The notes under the pieces are model-generated. The model made no database searches and was not told the DNA's origin. It saw only the letters and a list, made by a program, of their open reading frames with translations. From NCBI GenBank assembly GCA_963923945.1, contig OZ000551.1:1890605-1954604 (forward strand): 64,000 nucleotides of DNA. The letters are read 5' to 3'. The stretch's first letter is position 1, and each line of letters begins with the position of its first letter. The stretch is from Alphaproteobacteria bacterium. GTDB taxonomy: Bacteria > Pseudomonadota > Alphaproteobacteria > G963923945. Made by a program: the position numbers and the translations under genes. Of this stretch, positions 27,062 to 36,643 are shown piece by piece.

Positions 27062-28054
27062 TTATGGATGTTTTGATGGGCGCTTAAAAAAATGGCGTCC
27101 TTCAATGGTCTGCCAAGCCAGGAGACCGGGCAGACCAAGAATAACCTCCCGGGCTCGCCTGACCAGCGATGTCGCCAAGGCCACCCCGGGCGGGATGCCG
27201 AATAAAGCCCCCAGAGTGATGTAGCTGCCTTCCTGAATGCCCAGACCCGCCGGGACAAAAAAGGCGGCTGAACGGGCCGCTTGCCCCAAGCTGTGCAAAA
27301 CCACCGCTTCAAGAAACGTTATCGGGAACCCGATCAAAAACAAGATCAACCACACCTCACCGGCATTGACCAGCCAGGCAACCCCATGCCAACCGCAATT
27401 CACCCCCAGCAGCCGATGATTGCGGTATAAGGTCATCAAATGATCATGCAGACCATCCAAAACATGGTTTTGCGCTATCCGCCGCGCCCCATTTTCCAGA
27501 AGCCGCAGCATCCCCCAACGTTGGGCCAATAAAAAAGCCGCCACCAGGCCAAACCCGACCACCGAGACCGATAAAGCCCAGGGAATATACGCGGCCCCAC
27601 CGGTCAAGCCAGCCAAAAGAGCCAGACCGATCACCGTGTAGAGCGCTTGGGCAACAACCTGCAGACTGCGGTCAAGGACAACCCCGGCCCCGGCAATGCC
27701 GCCGGGAATCTTATCCAAGGTGAGCAAGCGCGCCCCGACAACCTCGCCACCAATTTCAGCCACCGGCAACAGGGCATTGACCGATTCCCGAATCCAGCGA
27801 AACAGCAATAAACGCGCGAAACCAACCCGGTATGATGACGCCCCGAATGACGACAACTCATATGATGACAACAAGACTTTATACCAAGCCCAACCATCCA
27901 GAATGAGCGGCATTAAATGATAGAGAGTGACCGCGATCACCCCCCAACCAACCGCCACGATGCCGGCCCAAACCGCATCCAGACCGCTTTCGACAATCAG
28001 CCAGGTCAGTAGACCCAGCCCCAAAACAGCGCAAAGAATAGAGAGCGGGCGCAT
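27062..28054 (-). CDS. lysylphosphatidylglycerol synthase TM-region/HpnL-like putative flippase
   Basis: Multi-TM protein with RWIRESVNALLPVAEIGGEVVGARLL, FFVPAGLGIQEG and SLVRRARE motifs. Confidence 0.8.
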   Translation of the reverse strand: MRPLSILCAVLGLGLLTWLIVESGLDAVWAGIVAVGWGVIAVTLYHLMPLILDGWAWYKVLLSSYELSSFGASSYRVGFARLLLFRWIRESVNALLPVAEIGGEVVGARLLTLDKIPGGIAGAGVVLDRSLQVVAQALYTVIGLALLAGLTGGAAYIPWALSVSVVGFGLVAAFLLAQRWGMLRLLENGARRIAQNHVLDGLHDHLMTLYRNHRLLGVNCGWHGVAWLVNAGEVWLILFLIGFPITFLEAVVLHSLGQAARSAAFFVPAGLGIQEGSYITLGALFGIPPGVALATSLVRRAREVILGLPGLLAWQTIEGRHFFKRPSKHP

Positions 28055-28091
28055 GAAAAAAAGAGAAGAGATGTGGTAATATGATGTGCTG

Positions 28092-28676
28092 CTACGGCTT
28101 GATTTCAATCATCACTTCATTGCGCCGCAGCATCGGCAATGTCCAGGGCGGATTATAAAAAGCATAAAGCGGTCGCCCGGTCACAGTGATGGCATGGGTT
28201 TGGATAAAATTCATCAACCGCTGTTCATGATCTTTGATATTCTCATCAGACGTGGTCCCGGAAAAAGAAATAACCGCCCATTGGCGGGCTGGAACCTCTT
28301 TGATGGTCACCTGTTGATCATTGGGTTGGGGCAAAGTGGCGGTGCTGTATTGTGCGGGCATCACAAAATGCACCCGCCATGATTGATCACTGGCTTGTTG
28401 GCCAACCGGCGCGGTCATGGCGATATCTTGCCGGGTGGTGTTGTTGCCAAAAATGTAATCAGCCAGCAGGCGAAACCCATCACCAATGGCCTCTTTGCGC
28501 GGCCCTTCAACCGCCACCTCGGCAATGATCATGGGCTGATATTGTCTGATTTCAATGTCTTGATACGCGCCAAGTACTCTGTAATCGGGTGTTTCAACAG
28601 CACTCATCAGTGGCCCCGCCAGCACCCCACCCATCACAATAATACCCAGTATGGCCAAGATCATGATCTTTTTCAT
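28092..28676 (-). CDS. SOUL-family heme-binding protein
   Basis: VETPDYRV, EIRQY, GFRLLADYIFGNN, IAMTAPV and YNPPWTLPMLRRNEV motifs. ATG 28676 overlaps the DUF423 stop (ATGA). Confidence 0.92.
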   Translation of the reverse strand: MKKIMILAILGIIVMGGVLAGPLMSAVETPDYRVLGAYQDIEIRQYQPMIIAEVAVEGPRKEAIGDGFRLLADYIFGNNTTRQDIAMTAPVGQQASDQSWRVHFVMPAQYSTATLPQPNDQQVTIKEVPARQWAVISFSGTTSDENIKDHEQRLMNFIQTHAITVTGRPLYAFYNPPWTLPMLRRNEVMIEIKP

Positions 28677-29068
28677 GTCCTTTTTCCTGTTCCTTTTCCC
28701 GCCAGAAGCCCGGCAATCACCAGCAACAGCCAGGCCACCATAATCGTCATCCCCCCCACCGGAGTCACATAGAGCAGGATGGGTATGGCCAAGGATACCG
28801 AGAGATAGATGCTGAAGCTGAACAAGATCGTACCAATGATAAACAGACGGCCACTCCATCGAAATGCTGGGATGCTGGCCAGGCGAGTGCCATTCAATAC
28901 CGCCAACCCCATCGCGACAACCACAACCGCATGCACCTGGTTATAGCGCAATGCGGTCATCAGAAAACGAAAATGCTCAGCCGTGATGGTCTCGCGCAAG
29001 CCATGTTCAGCGTAAGCCCCAAACGCCACCGCAATAAAGCCCAACAACGCCCCGCAAAACACGATCAT
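28673..29068 (-). CDS. DUF423 (YgdD/TMEM256-like) membrane protein
   Basis: AVAFGAYAEHGL, TALRYNQVHA, GTILFSFSIY and TPVGG..AW motifs; RBS-like GAGGG before ATG 29068. Confidence 0.88.
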   Translation of the reverse strand: MIVFCGALLGFIAVAFGAYAEHGLRETITAEHFRFLMTALRYNQVHAVVVVAMGLAVLNGTRLASIPAFRWSGRLFIIGTILFSFSIYLSVSLAIPILLYVTPVGGMTIMVAWLLLVIAGLLAGKGTGKRT

Positions 29069-29270
29069 GATCTCACCCTCTTGGTACCGGGTTTTTAAGA
29101 AAATTGGTCCAGGAAAAGATTGAATAAAATCCATATATAAGATTTATATAGGAAAAGCACATGATCAGAAATGATGGCCGCATCACGACCATGTAAGCAT
29201 TATAATAACGCAAGCATTGCCAATAATCCCCCCCGTGATGAACCGGTGATAAAGCAGTGATAAAGAGAGA

Positions 29271-30668
29271 ATGTTGATGGCTGATTATCTTGATCCGGTC
29301 TTATTGGCCCGCATCCAATTTGCCTTTACGGTCTCGTTTCATATTATTTTCCCGGCCTTTACGATTGGCTTGGCCAGCTGGTTGGCGGTGGTTGAATGGC
29401 GATGGCTCAAGACCGGTGACGCAATTTATGAACAAGTCTATCGGATGTGGGTCAAGATTTTTGCGGTCTGTTTTGGGATGGGGGTGGTCTCGGGCGTGGT
29501 CATGTCCTACCAGTTCGGGACCAACTGGTCGGTTTTTTCCGACACCGTCGGCAATGTGATTGGCCCGTTGCTGGGCTATGAGGTCTTGACCGCCTTTTTC
29601 TTGGAGGCCTCTTTCCTCGGCATTATGCTGTTTGGCTGGGGCCGGGTCAGCAAGAATATGCATTTTGTCTCCACCTGCATTGTGGCGGTGGGGACCATCA
29701 TTTCGGCCTTTTGGATTCTCTCAGCCAACAGCTGGATGCAAACACCCCAAGGATTTGAGATTGGCTCGGATGGGTTGTTCTACCCAACCAGCTGGCTGGA
29801 GGTTATTTTTAATCCGTCTTTCCCGGTCCGGTTCTTCCATATGGTGACCGCGGCCTATCTGACCACCGCCTTTGTGGTTGGCGGCATTGGTGCTTATTAT
29901 TTGTGGAGACGGATTCATGTCCCGCATGCCCGGGTGATGTTCGGGATGGCGATGATTATGGCGGTTTTCGTGGCCCCGTTGCAGTTGGTGATCGGCCATA
30001 TGCATGGTGAAAACACCTTGCAGCACCAGCCGATTAAAGTCGCGGCAATGGAAGGCAACTGGGAACGCGGTCCAAATAAGCCGCTTTATCTGTTTGGTCT
30101 GCCCAATCAAGAAACCGAAACCACCGATTACGGCATCACCATCCCCGGCGGGGCCAGCTGGGTGCTGACCGGCAGTGCGGATGGTGAAATCCCTGGACTG
30201 AAAGATGTGGCCAAACAAGATCGGCCACCGGTTGCCATCGTGTTTTGGGCCTTTCGGATCATGGTCGGGATCGGTATGGCCATGATTGCCACCGGTGTGA
30301 TTGCCGCTTTGCTCTATTTCAAACAACGTTTGTTTGATGCCCGCCTGTTTCAGCTGTGGTGTATGGCCATGACACCCACCGGCTTTATCGCGGTCTTGGC
30401 CGGCTGGTTTGTGACCGAAGTCGGACGCCAGCCTTGGACAGTCTATAATGTGATGCGCACATCGCAGAGTGTTTCGCCGGTGATTGCCGAACAAGTAGCC
30501 ATCACATTGATCGGGTTTATCCTGGTTTATAGCTTCGTTTTTGGGGCCGGGAGCTATTATATCCTCAAGCTGATCGGCAAGGGGCCGCAAGCAGATGATG
30601 AAAAATATTATGACCACAGCAAACAAGCCAGCGTCATGAAGGCGGCATTTGAGGCGGATGCCCGATGA
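29271..30668 (+). CDS. cydA: cytochrome bd (CIO-type) ubiquinol oxidase subunit I
   Basis: LARIQFAFTVSFHIIFP, FFLEASF, NSWMQTP, QPIKVAAMEG and GWFVTEVGRQPW motifs; short Q-loop. Confidence 0.97.
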   Translation: MLMADYLDPVLLARIQFAFTVSFHIIFPAFTIGLASWLAVVEWRWLKTGDAIYEQVYRMWVKIFAVCFGMGVVSGVVMSYQFGTNWSVFSDTVGNVIGPLLGYEVLTAFFLEASFLGIMLFGWGRVSKNMHFVSTCIVAVGTIISAFWILSANSWMQTPQGFEIGSDGLFYPTSWLEVIFNPSFPVRFFHMVTAAYLTTAFVVGGIGAYYLWRRIHVPHARVMFGMAMIMAVFVAPLQLVIGHMHGENTLQHQPIKVAAMEGNWERGPNKPLYLFGLPNQETETTDYGITIPGGASWVLTGSADGEIPGLKDVAKQDRPPVAIVFWAFRIMVGIGMAMIATGVIAALLYFKQRLFDARLFQLWCMAMTPTGFIAVLAGWFVTEVGRQPWTVYNVMRTSQSVSPVIAEQVAITLIGFILVYSFVFGAGSYYILKLIGKGPQADDEKYYDHSKQASVMKAAFEADAR

Positions 30669-31687
30669 TTGATTTTTCTTCCTGGCTCGACTTGCCGCTG
30701 ATTTGGGGCTTTTTGATCGCCACGGCGGTATTCTTATATGTAGTGTTGGATGGGTTTGATCTGGGATGCGGGATCTTGTTTCCCTTTGCCCCTTCTGATC
30801 AATGCCGCAGCCGGATGATGAATTCCATCGCCCCGTTTTGGGATGGCAATGAGACCTGGCTGGTTCTGGGTGGTGGTGGTTTGTTTGTTGCTTTCCCGGT
30901 GGCTTACGCCATTTTGATGCCGGCCTTGTATCTGCCGATTATTCTCATGCTGATGGGGCTGATATTCCGCGGTGTGGCCTTTGAATTCCGGTTCAAGGCC
31001 GGTGAAAAAGACCGCCGATTATGGGATATCGCCTTTCATGGCGGGTCATTGCTGGCCGCCTTTATGCAAGGGGTTGTATTGGGCAATTTTATCCAAGGCA
31101 TCGAAGTTGATGGCCGCAGTTTTGCCGGTGGTCCGTTGGATTGGGCCAATGGTTTTGCGGTTGTCACCGGCATTTCATTGGTGTTTGGTTATGGCTTGCT
31201 GGGGGCGACATGGCTGGTGATGAAAACTGAAGATGAAACCCAGGCATGGGCCCGCAACGCCGCCAAATATGTGTTGAGTTTTGTGGCCCTTGCGATGGTC
31301 GTGGTCAGCATCGCCATGCCGTTTGTTGATGAGCGGGTTGCCCGGTTATGGTTCAGCACCCCGAATATCTATTATTTATTACCGGTGCCGATGCTCACTG
31401 CGGCGGCCTTTCTCACCTTGTGGCGTGATCTGCATCACGAGCGGCGGGAAATACGGCCGTTCCTGCTATCACTGGCTTTGTTTTTGTTGGGCTATATCGG
31501 CTTTGGGATCAGCTTATATCCGTGGATTGTGCCGTTTGAATTTACGCTCTGGGATGCCGCCGCAACCGCGACATCACAATCCATCACCCTGATTGGCACG
31601 GTGATCATGTTGCCGATTATTTTGGCTTATACCGCCTATTGCTATTATATTTTCCGCGGCAAGAGTGGCCACCAATCGCTTTATTAA
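30665..31687 (+). CDS. cydB: cytochrome bd ubiquinol oxidase subunit II
   Basis: YVVLDGFDLG, PFWDGNETWL and FRGVAFEFR motifs; ATGA overlap with cydA. Confidence 0.97.
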   Translation: MIDFSSWLDLPLIWGFLIATAVFLYVVLDGFDLGCGILFPFAPSDQCRSRMMNSIAPFWDGNETWLVLGGGGLFVAFPVAYAILMPALYLPIILMLMGLIFRGVAFEFRFKAGEKDRRLWDIAFHGGSLLAAFMQGVVLGNFIQGIEVDGRSFAGGPLDWANGFAVVTGISLVFGYGLLGATWLVMKTEDETQAWARNAAKYVLSFVALAMVVVSIAMPFVDERVARLWFSTPNIYYLLPVPMLTAAAFLTLWRDLHHERREIRPFLLSLALFLLGYIGFGISLYPWIVPFEFTLWDAAATATSQSITLIGTVIMLPIILAYTAYCYYIFRGKSGHQSLY

Positions 31688-31789
31688 CCGGATGGCTAAA
31701 GTGGGGAGCCGCTTCGTTGATGGGGTATTCCTGTCGCGGCCTGCCGGGCGGTATATCTAAGGTCCTTGGCGTGATCTTTGGATGAATTG

Positions 31790-31924
31790 ATGGAAGAATT
31801 TCTGAATAAATATCTTTCCGCTAGACAAAAGCAATGGGCTTGGTTTGTGATTTTATGGTGTGCTGGTTTGGGCTCAGTGCTTGTGCTGGGTTTTGTCATC
31901 CGCATCGCTATGGGGATTGAATAG
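31790..31924 (+). CDS. DUF2474-like small membrane protein (44 aa), below the ORF-track cutoff
   Basis: MEEFLNKYLSARQKQWAWFVILWCAGLGSVLVLGFVIRIAMGIE*; W.V.LW..G pattern and position after cydAB are typical of DUF2474. Confidence 0.75.
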   Translation: MEEFLNKYLSARQKQWAWFVILWCAGLGSVLVLGFVIRIAMGIE

Positions 31925-31967
31925 CAAGAGCTGCTGGATATATTTTATTTAATCGGCCTTCCTGATT

Positions 31968-33491
31968 TTATGTCAGGCTGTCCAAAAACCGTCGGCTTTC
32001 TTCTGTAATCATTGTTTTCTTTTCTTCATCCATCCGGTCGTAGGTTTTATACATCATGCCGATGCGAGGGTTGGATTGCAGTTGGTCGCGGTTGCGGGCC
32101 AAAAAGTCCCAATAGAGGTAATGAAACGGGCAAGCATCGGGGCCGGATTTCTGTTTAATGTCATAGCGACATTTTTGACAATAATCGGACATTTTATTGA
32201 TATAGCCACCCCCGGCCGCATAAGGTTTGCTGGCCAGGATGCCGCCGTCAGCAAATAAAATCATCCCCGATACATTGGGCAGCTCCACCCATTCATAGGC
32301 ATCGGCATAAACAATCAAAAACCACTCATTGACCTGGGCCGGATCAATACCGGCCAGCAGAGCGAAATTGCCCAAAACCATCAAACGCTGAATATGATGG
32401 GCATAGGCATTTTTTCGGGTCTCCAAGACGCATTGGCGCAGACAGTTCATCTTGGTCTTAGCGGTCCAATAAAAAGTCGGCAGGGGACGCCGGGCATTGA
32501 GAAAATTTTCTTGTGCATATCCCGGCATTTTTAGCCAGTAAATCCCGCGCACATATTCGCGCCAGCCGATGATTTGCCGGATGAAGCCTTCAACCGCATT
32601 CAGAGGGGCGGCCCCTTGATGATAGGCCTCTTCAGCCGCTTGGACACATTCGCGCGGCAACAATAAACCACAATTCAGATAAAAACTGATCTGCGCATGA
32701 TACATCCACGGCTCACCCTCCAGCATGGCGTCTTGGTAATCACCAAAAGAGGCCAGTTTGTGCTTGATGAACAGATCAAGGGCGTGGCGGGCTTGGCGGC
32801 GGATGACGGCGAAATAAAACGGCTCCAGATCGCCGAAATGGTCCGCATATTTTTCGCCAACCAACGCCAGCACATCGCGGGTGATATTGCTGATTGCGGG
32901 ACGATAGGGTGCCGGAATGGTCAGTTCTTTGGGGGGTGGTTTTCGGTTATCGGCATCATAATTCCAACGGCCATTGATCGGTTGATCGCCCTCCATCAAG
33001 ATGGCGTATTTTTTTCGCATCGCGCGATAAAAATATTCCATCCGCAGCTGTTGGCGATTTTTGGCCCAAGCGGCAAATTCTTCTGGTGAGCAGAGGAAAC
33101 GATCATCCGGCCTGATCTCAACCGGAATGCCCAATTCCGCGTGCCATTGCTTTAGACACTCAAGGACCCGGTATTCGCCGGGATGGGTGACAACAATCCG
33201 CTCAACCGGGTGGGTTTTGATGAATCGTTCAACCTCACCTGTGAATGATCCGGTATTGTCGGGATCATCCAGTTTGACATAGGTCACGTTATGGCCGTGC
33301 TGCTCCAATTCTTGGGCAAAATGACGCATGGCCGCAAACAGAAAAGCGATTTTCTTCTTATGATGCCTGACATAGGTCGTTTCATCCCAGACCTCGCAGA
33401 TGAGGATATGGTCTTGGGCCGGATCATGCCCGTGCAGACTGGATATTGATTCTGAGAGTTGATCCCCCAAAATAAGCCGCAATATGGTCAC
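31968..33491 (-). CDS. FeS-cluster bacterial cryptochrome/(6-4) photolyase (PhrB/CryB-like)
   Basis: LILGDQL, HHKKKI, MEYFYR, WNYDADNR and HHIQRLM motifs; four Cys (MNC, YCQKC, ACPF). Confidence 0.93.
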   Translation of the reverse strand: MTILRLILGDQLSESISSLHGHDPAQDHILICEVWDETTYVRHHKKKIAFLFAAMRHFAQELEQHGHNVTYVKLDDPDNTGSFTGEVERFIKTHPVERIVVTHPGEYRVLECLKQWHAELGIPVEIRPDDRFLCSPEEFAAWAKNRQQLRMEYFYRAMRKKYAILMEGDQPINGRWNYDADNRKPPPKELTIPAPYRPAISNITRDVLALVGEKYADHFGDLEPFYFAVIRRQARHALDLFIKHKLASFGDYQDAMLEGEPWMYHAQISFYLNCGLLLPRECVQAAEEAYHQGAAPLNAVEGFIRQIIGWREYVRGIYWLKMPGYAQENFLNARRPLPTFYWTAKTKMNCLRQCVLETRKNAYAHHIQRLMVLGNFALLAGIDPAQVNEWFLIVYADAYEWVELPNVSGMILFADGGILASKPYAAGGGYINKMSDYCQKCRYDIKQKSGPDACPFHYLYWDFLARNRDQLQSNPRIGMMYKTYDRMDEEKKTMITEESRRFLDSLT

Positions 33492-34990
33492 AGCGGCAGC
33501 TCGGATTGTTGATGGGTTGATGGGGCTTTATGGTTGATTGTTCTGGGTAGCCCGGATTTACGGCTGCCATGCTTGTCAATGATCCGGCGGGCGATGGCTT
33601 GATGCTGTTGGTTGTTTTTGCGCAAACCATAGAGACGGTCGGCGGCCCGTTTTCGGGCTGTTTTTTCATCGATAATCGGCATCGGGTAACCGGCCATTTG
33701 GGATGGGGCCTGCCACGGGGTATGAATCCATTCCGGGTCCATATCCCGCAATTCGGGAATCCAGCGCCGGATAAACAAGGCATCCGGGTCGTGGTCCATT
33801 CCTTGTTTAATCGGGTTGTAAATACGGATGCTGTTGATCCCGGTGGTGCCTGATTGCATCTGGATTTGGCTGTAATGGATACCGGGTTCATAATCGGTGA
33901 AAAGCTGGGCCAGATGGAGAGCCGGACGACGCCAATCAAGCCATAAATGATAGCTGGCAAAACTCACCAACAAGGCCCGCATGCGAAAATTCAGCCAGCC
34001 GGTCGCGCTAAGGGCACGCATACAGGCATCAACCATCGGGTATCCGGTCTTGCCGTTTTTCCAGGCTTCAAAATGAGCCTCATCAAAGCCGTCGTTACGC
34101 AGCTCATCATAAGCCGGATGCAGATTTTCATATTCCAGGCGCGGCTCACTCTCCAATTTTTGGATAAAATGGCAATGCCAGCGCAAGCGTCCGGAAAAAG
34201 AACGCATCGCACTGGGCCAACGGCCTTTGGTGCCGGTCTGTTTGAGTTCTTGGCGGCGGTGTTCGCAGGCCTGGAAGACTTCACGTAGCGAAACCGTCCC
34301 AAAGGCAAGATGGGCCGATAAACGTGAACAGCTTTCAAAGGCCGTTACCGGGGAAGACATCTCTTTGGTGTAGCCCTCCCCACGCGCATAGAGAAAACTC
34401 TGCAAGAGATGGAGTGCCCTTTGCCGTGCGCCCTTTTGCCTGATCATCCCCTCATCAACCGCCAAGCCAAGGTCTTGGGGGCTGGGCAAGGGTTGGCTGG
34501 GTTCGGCAATTTTGGGCAGGCTGTTTGGCGGTGGGAGCGTCGGTTGAGCCATCTGCCGATACCAGCGGGCCGCCCAGCCATCCCGATTTTTCAGGCCCCG
34601 GACAACCCCGTTTTGTACCGGCTCATGCCAGGGAATGCCCGATGTTTGCGCCCATTTTTTGACCCTGATATCACGGGCATATGTCCAGCCATTCCAGGTC
34701 TCTTGATGCGACCACAGGGATTGAATCCCGTGGCGGGCGTGAATAGCGCGCAATATGTCAACCGCATCACCGGTTTTGATGATTAAACATTGCCCCAGGG
34801 CTTTGAGTGCTTGGTCCAAGCCCTCCAGACATTCAGATAAAAAAGCATAATGGCGCTCACTCATATCCGGTTGCCGCCACAAGGCCGGTTCGACAATGTA
34901 TAACGGCATCACCGGGCCGTACTGGGCGGCTTCATGGAGAGCCGCGTGATCTTCGATCCGTAAATCCCGTTTGAACCACACCACCTGCAT
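33488..34990 (-). CDS. deoxyribodipyrimidine photolyase/cryptochrome family protein
   Basis: VWFKRDLRIEDH, CSRLSAHLAFG, GKTGYPMVDACMR, GWLNFRMRA, DYEPGIHYSQ and RIYNP motifs. Confidence 0.93.
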   Translation of the reverse strand: MQVVWFKRDLRIEDHAALHEAAQYGPVMPLYIVEPALWRQPDMSERHYAFLSECLEGLDQALKALGQCLIIKTGDAVDILRAIHARHGIQSLWSHQETWNGWTYARDIRVKKWAQTSGIPWHEPVQNGVVRGLKNRDGWAARWYRQMAQPTLPPPNSLPKIAEPSQPLPSPQDLGLAVDEGMIRQKGARQRALHLLQSFLYARGEGYTKEMSSPVTAFESCSRLSAHLAFGTVSLREVFQACEHRRQELKQTGTKGRWPSAMRSFSGRLRWHCHFIQKLESEPRLEYENLHPAYDELRNDGFDEAHFEAWKNGKTGYPMVDACMRALSATGWLNFRMRALLVSFASYHLWLDWRRPALHLAQLFTDYEPGIHYSQIQMQSGTTGINSIRIYNPIKQGMDHDPDALFIRRWIPELRDMDPEWIHTPWQAPSQMAGYPMPIIDEKTARKRAADRLYGLRKNNQQHQAIARRIIDKHGSRKSGLPRTINHKAPSTHQQSELPL

Positions 34991-35183
34991 GGATTGATCA
35001 CCTCTGCTTATTGCGTGCTTTGGGGTCGATTGACCGGTTTTACTCTATTACATATTGATATGGGGTTGGTGTCGGCGGGTGTCATGACCCAACACGGCCA
35101 TATGATGGTGGGGGTTGCTGTTACCAAATGAGCAGCAGTCCAATCGGCAGCGGTTATCTAATCATTATCAGGTGATTATCGAC

Positions 35184-35245
35184 CAGCCACAGACCGGTAG
35201 CGGCCACAGACCGATAACGGCCACAGACCGATAACGGCCATACCG
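35184..35245. repeat. 17-bp tandem repeat CGGCCACAGACCGATAA, about 3.5 degenerate copies, just 3' of tRNA-Ser
   Basis: GCCACAGACCG at 35186, 35203 and 35220, with a degenerate copy at 35237. Confidence 0.8.
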
Positions 35246-35264
35246 TATTATACCCTAGGACACA

Positions 35265-35354
35265 TGGCGGTGGGGGTGGGATTCGAACCCACGGTACCCT
35301 TGCGGGTACAACGGTTTTCGAAACCGCCCCGTTCGGCCACTCCGGCACCCCACC
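35265..35354 (-). tRNA. tRNA-Ser(CGA)
   Basis: GGTGGGG acceptor stem, anticodon arm GCGGT-TTCGAAA-ACCGT, long variable arm, GGTTCGAATCC T-loop, encoded CCA. Confidence 0.97.
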
Positions 35355-35596
35355 TGAGTCAATGATAACTCATTATTTAGAGAATATTTCCTGATTTTAC
35401 ACTTCTCAGTGTCGAGTGCCAGTTAAAATGCGCCGAGACGACACTTATAATAAGTCTAGTGGGTCCGCTTTTTTATGTGTGTATGTAGCGCGCGGGTTCG
35501 TTTTGCGTCATTGGCGGTTTGTCTGGGGTTTGGGATGATCTGTTGGTTGACTTGGACTTACTGTTTCTTTCCCAATTCGGCAGTTATGGCAGGGGT

Positions 35597-36568
35597 TTAA
35601 TAGTCTTTTTGTTCCGGTTCAGCGTCTTCAGGGTTGGCGTCTCTTTTCTCCTGCATCCGGTTTTCCAAGTAAGTTTTCAAGAAGGCCAATCGTTGCCGGG
35701 TCTGGGATGGTCCATCCATGAACACATGACCAAAATCATGGCGCATGATGGTAATCCCACCGCATTCTTCAACAGCTGCCGCCAGCCGCAATCCCTTATT
35801 GCCAATGACTGAATCGCGCTCACCGGCGATGGCGGACCAATCGGGGCAGGGTTCGGGAAGATTAACCACCGGATCAAAACGCTCCGGACAAAACAGCAAA
35901 AAAGGAATGCGATCCGGGACCGAGTCGAGGATCACCCCATCATAAGGCAAGGGGTGGCGATTGAGCATTGCAGAAAAAACAATCCCACCAAAAGACAAGC
36001 CATAAAAAAAGCGATAGCGGTATCGGGGGTCCTCATTCAGGCGGGAAGCGGCGGTCTCCATATCGGCGATAATGCCGCTCAGGGTGGTCTCTCCTTCGGA
36101 TTGCTTAAATCCCCGATAATTATAGATAAAAATATCCAGATTCAAATCGCGTAAAGCGGCAAAAGCGGGATAAACCTCTTGCGCCAGCATTGAGGTTCCC
36201 AAGGCGATCAAGAGATAGCCTTGCGGTTTTTCAGCCCGCCACACCAAGCCCCGCATGATGTGTCCGTCTTGAGAAATAAATGAGTCCGCTTCCAAGCCCG
36301 GCAAGGAAAAATCCGCCCGCGCGTGTGGATTGGCGATGGCGGCTTTGTATAAAGAGACAAACGGTTTCTCAAGCCAGCAGACGGTTTCATCTAATGCGGT
36401 TTTGTCCAGTTCTGCGGTCTTGATCCGGGCCTGTTCAGGCGTCATATCCGGGGATGTCTGTGGGGGTGTTTGGGCCTGGCTATCGGGGATCTGAGCGATC
36501 AATCCATAAACAGCACATATACCAAAGAATATGATCACCGGTTTTATTGGACATTTGTGCGCGGTCAT
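35597..36568 (-). CDS. exported alpha/beta-fold hydrolase
   Basis: YNYRGF, nucleophile elbow GLSFGG, ILDS, GERD and GH; N-terminal TM/signal segment. Confidence 0.8.
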   Translation of the reverse strand: MTAHKCPIKPVIIFFGICAVYGLIAQIPDSQAQTPPQTSPDMTPEQARIKTAELDKTALDETVCWLEKPFVSLYKAAIANPHARADFSLPGLEADSFISQDGHIMRGLVWRAEKPQGYLLIALGTSMLAQEVYPAFAALRDLNLDIFIYNYRGFKQSEGETTLSGIIADMETAASRLNEDPRYRYRFFYGLSFGGIVFSAMLNRHPLPYDGVILDSVPDRIPFLLFCPERFDPVVNLPEPCPDWSAIAGERDSVIGNKGLRLAAAVEECGGITIMRHDFGHVFMDGPSQTRQRLAFLKTYLENRMQEKRDANPEDAEPEQKDY

Positions 36569-36643
36569 CGGGTCCGGCTTTCTCTCTTTGATTGATGGAA
36601 TTTTATGGAAAGACGGGTTGGGGGCCTATGAGAACAGAGCGGT

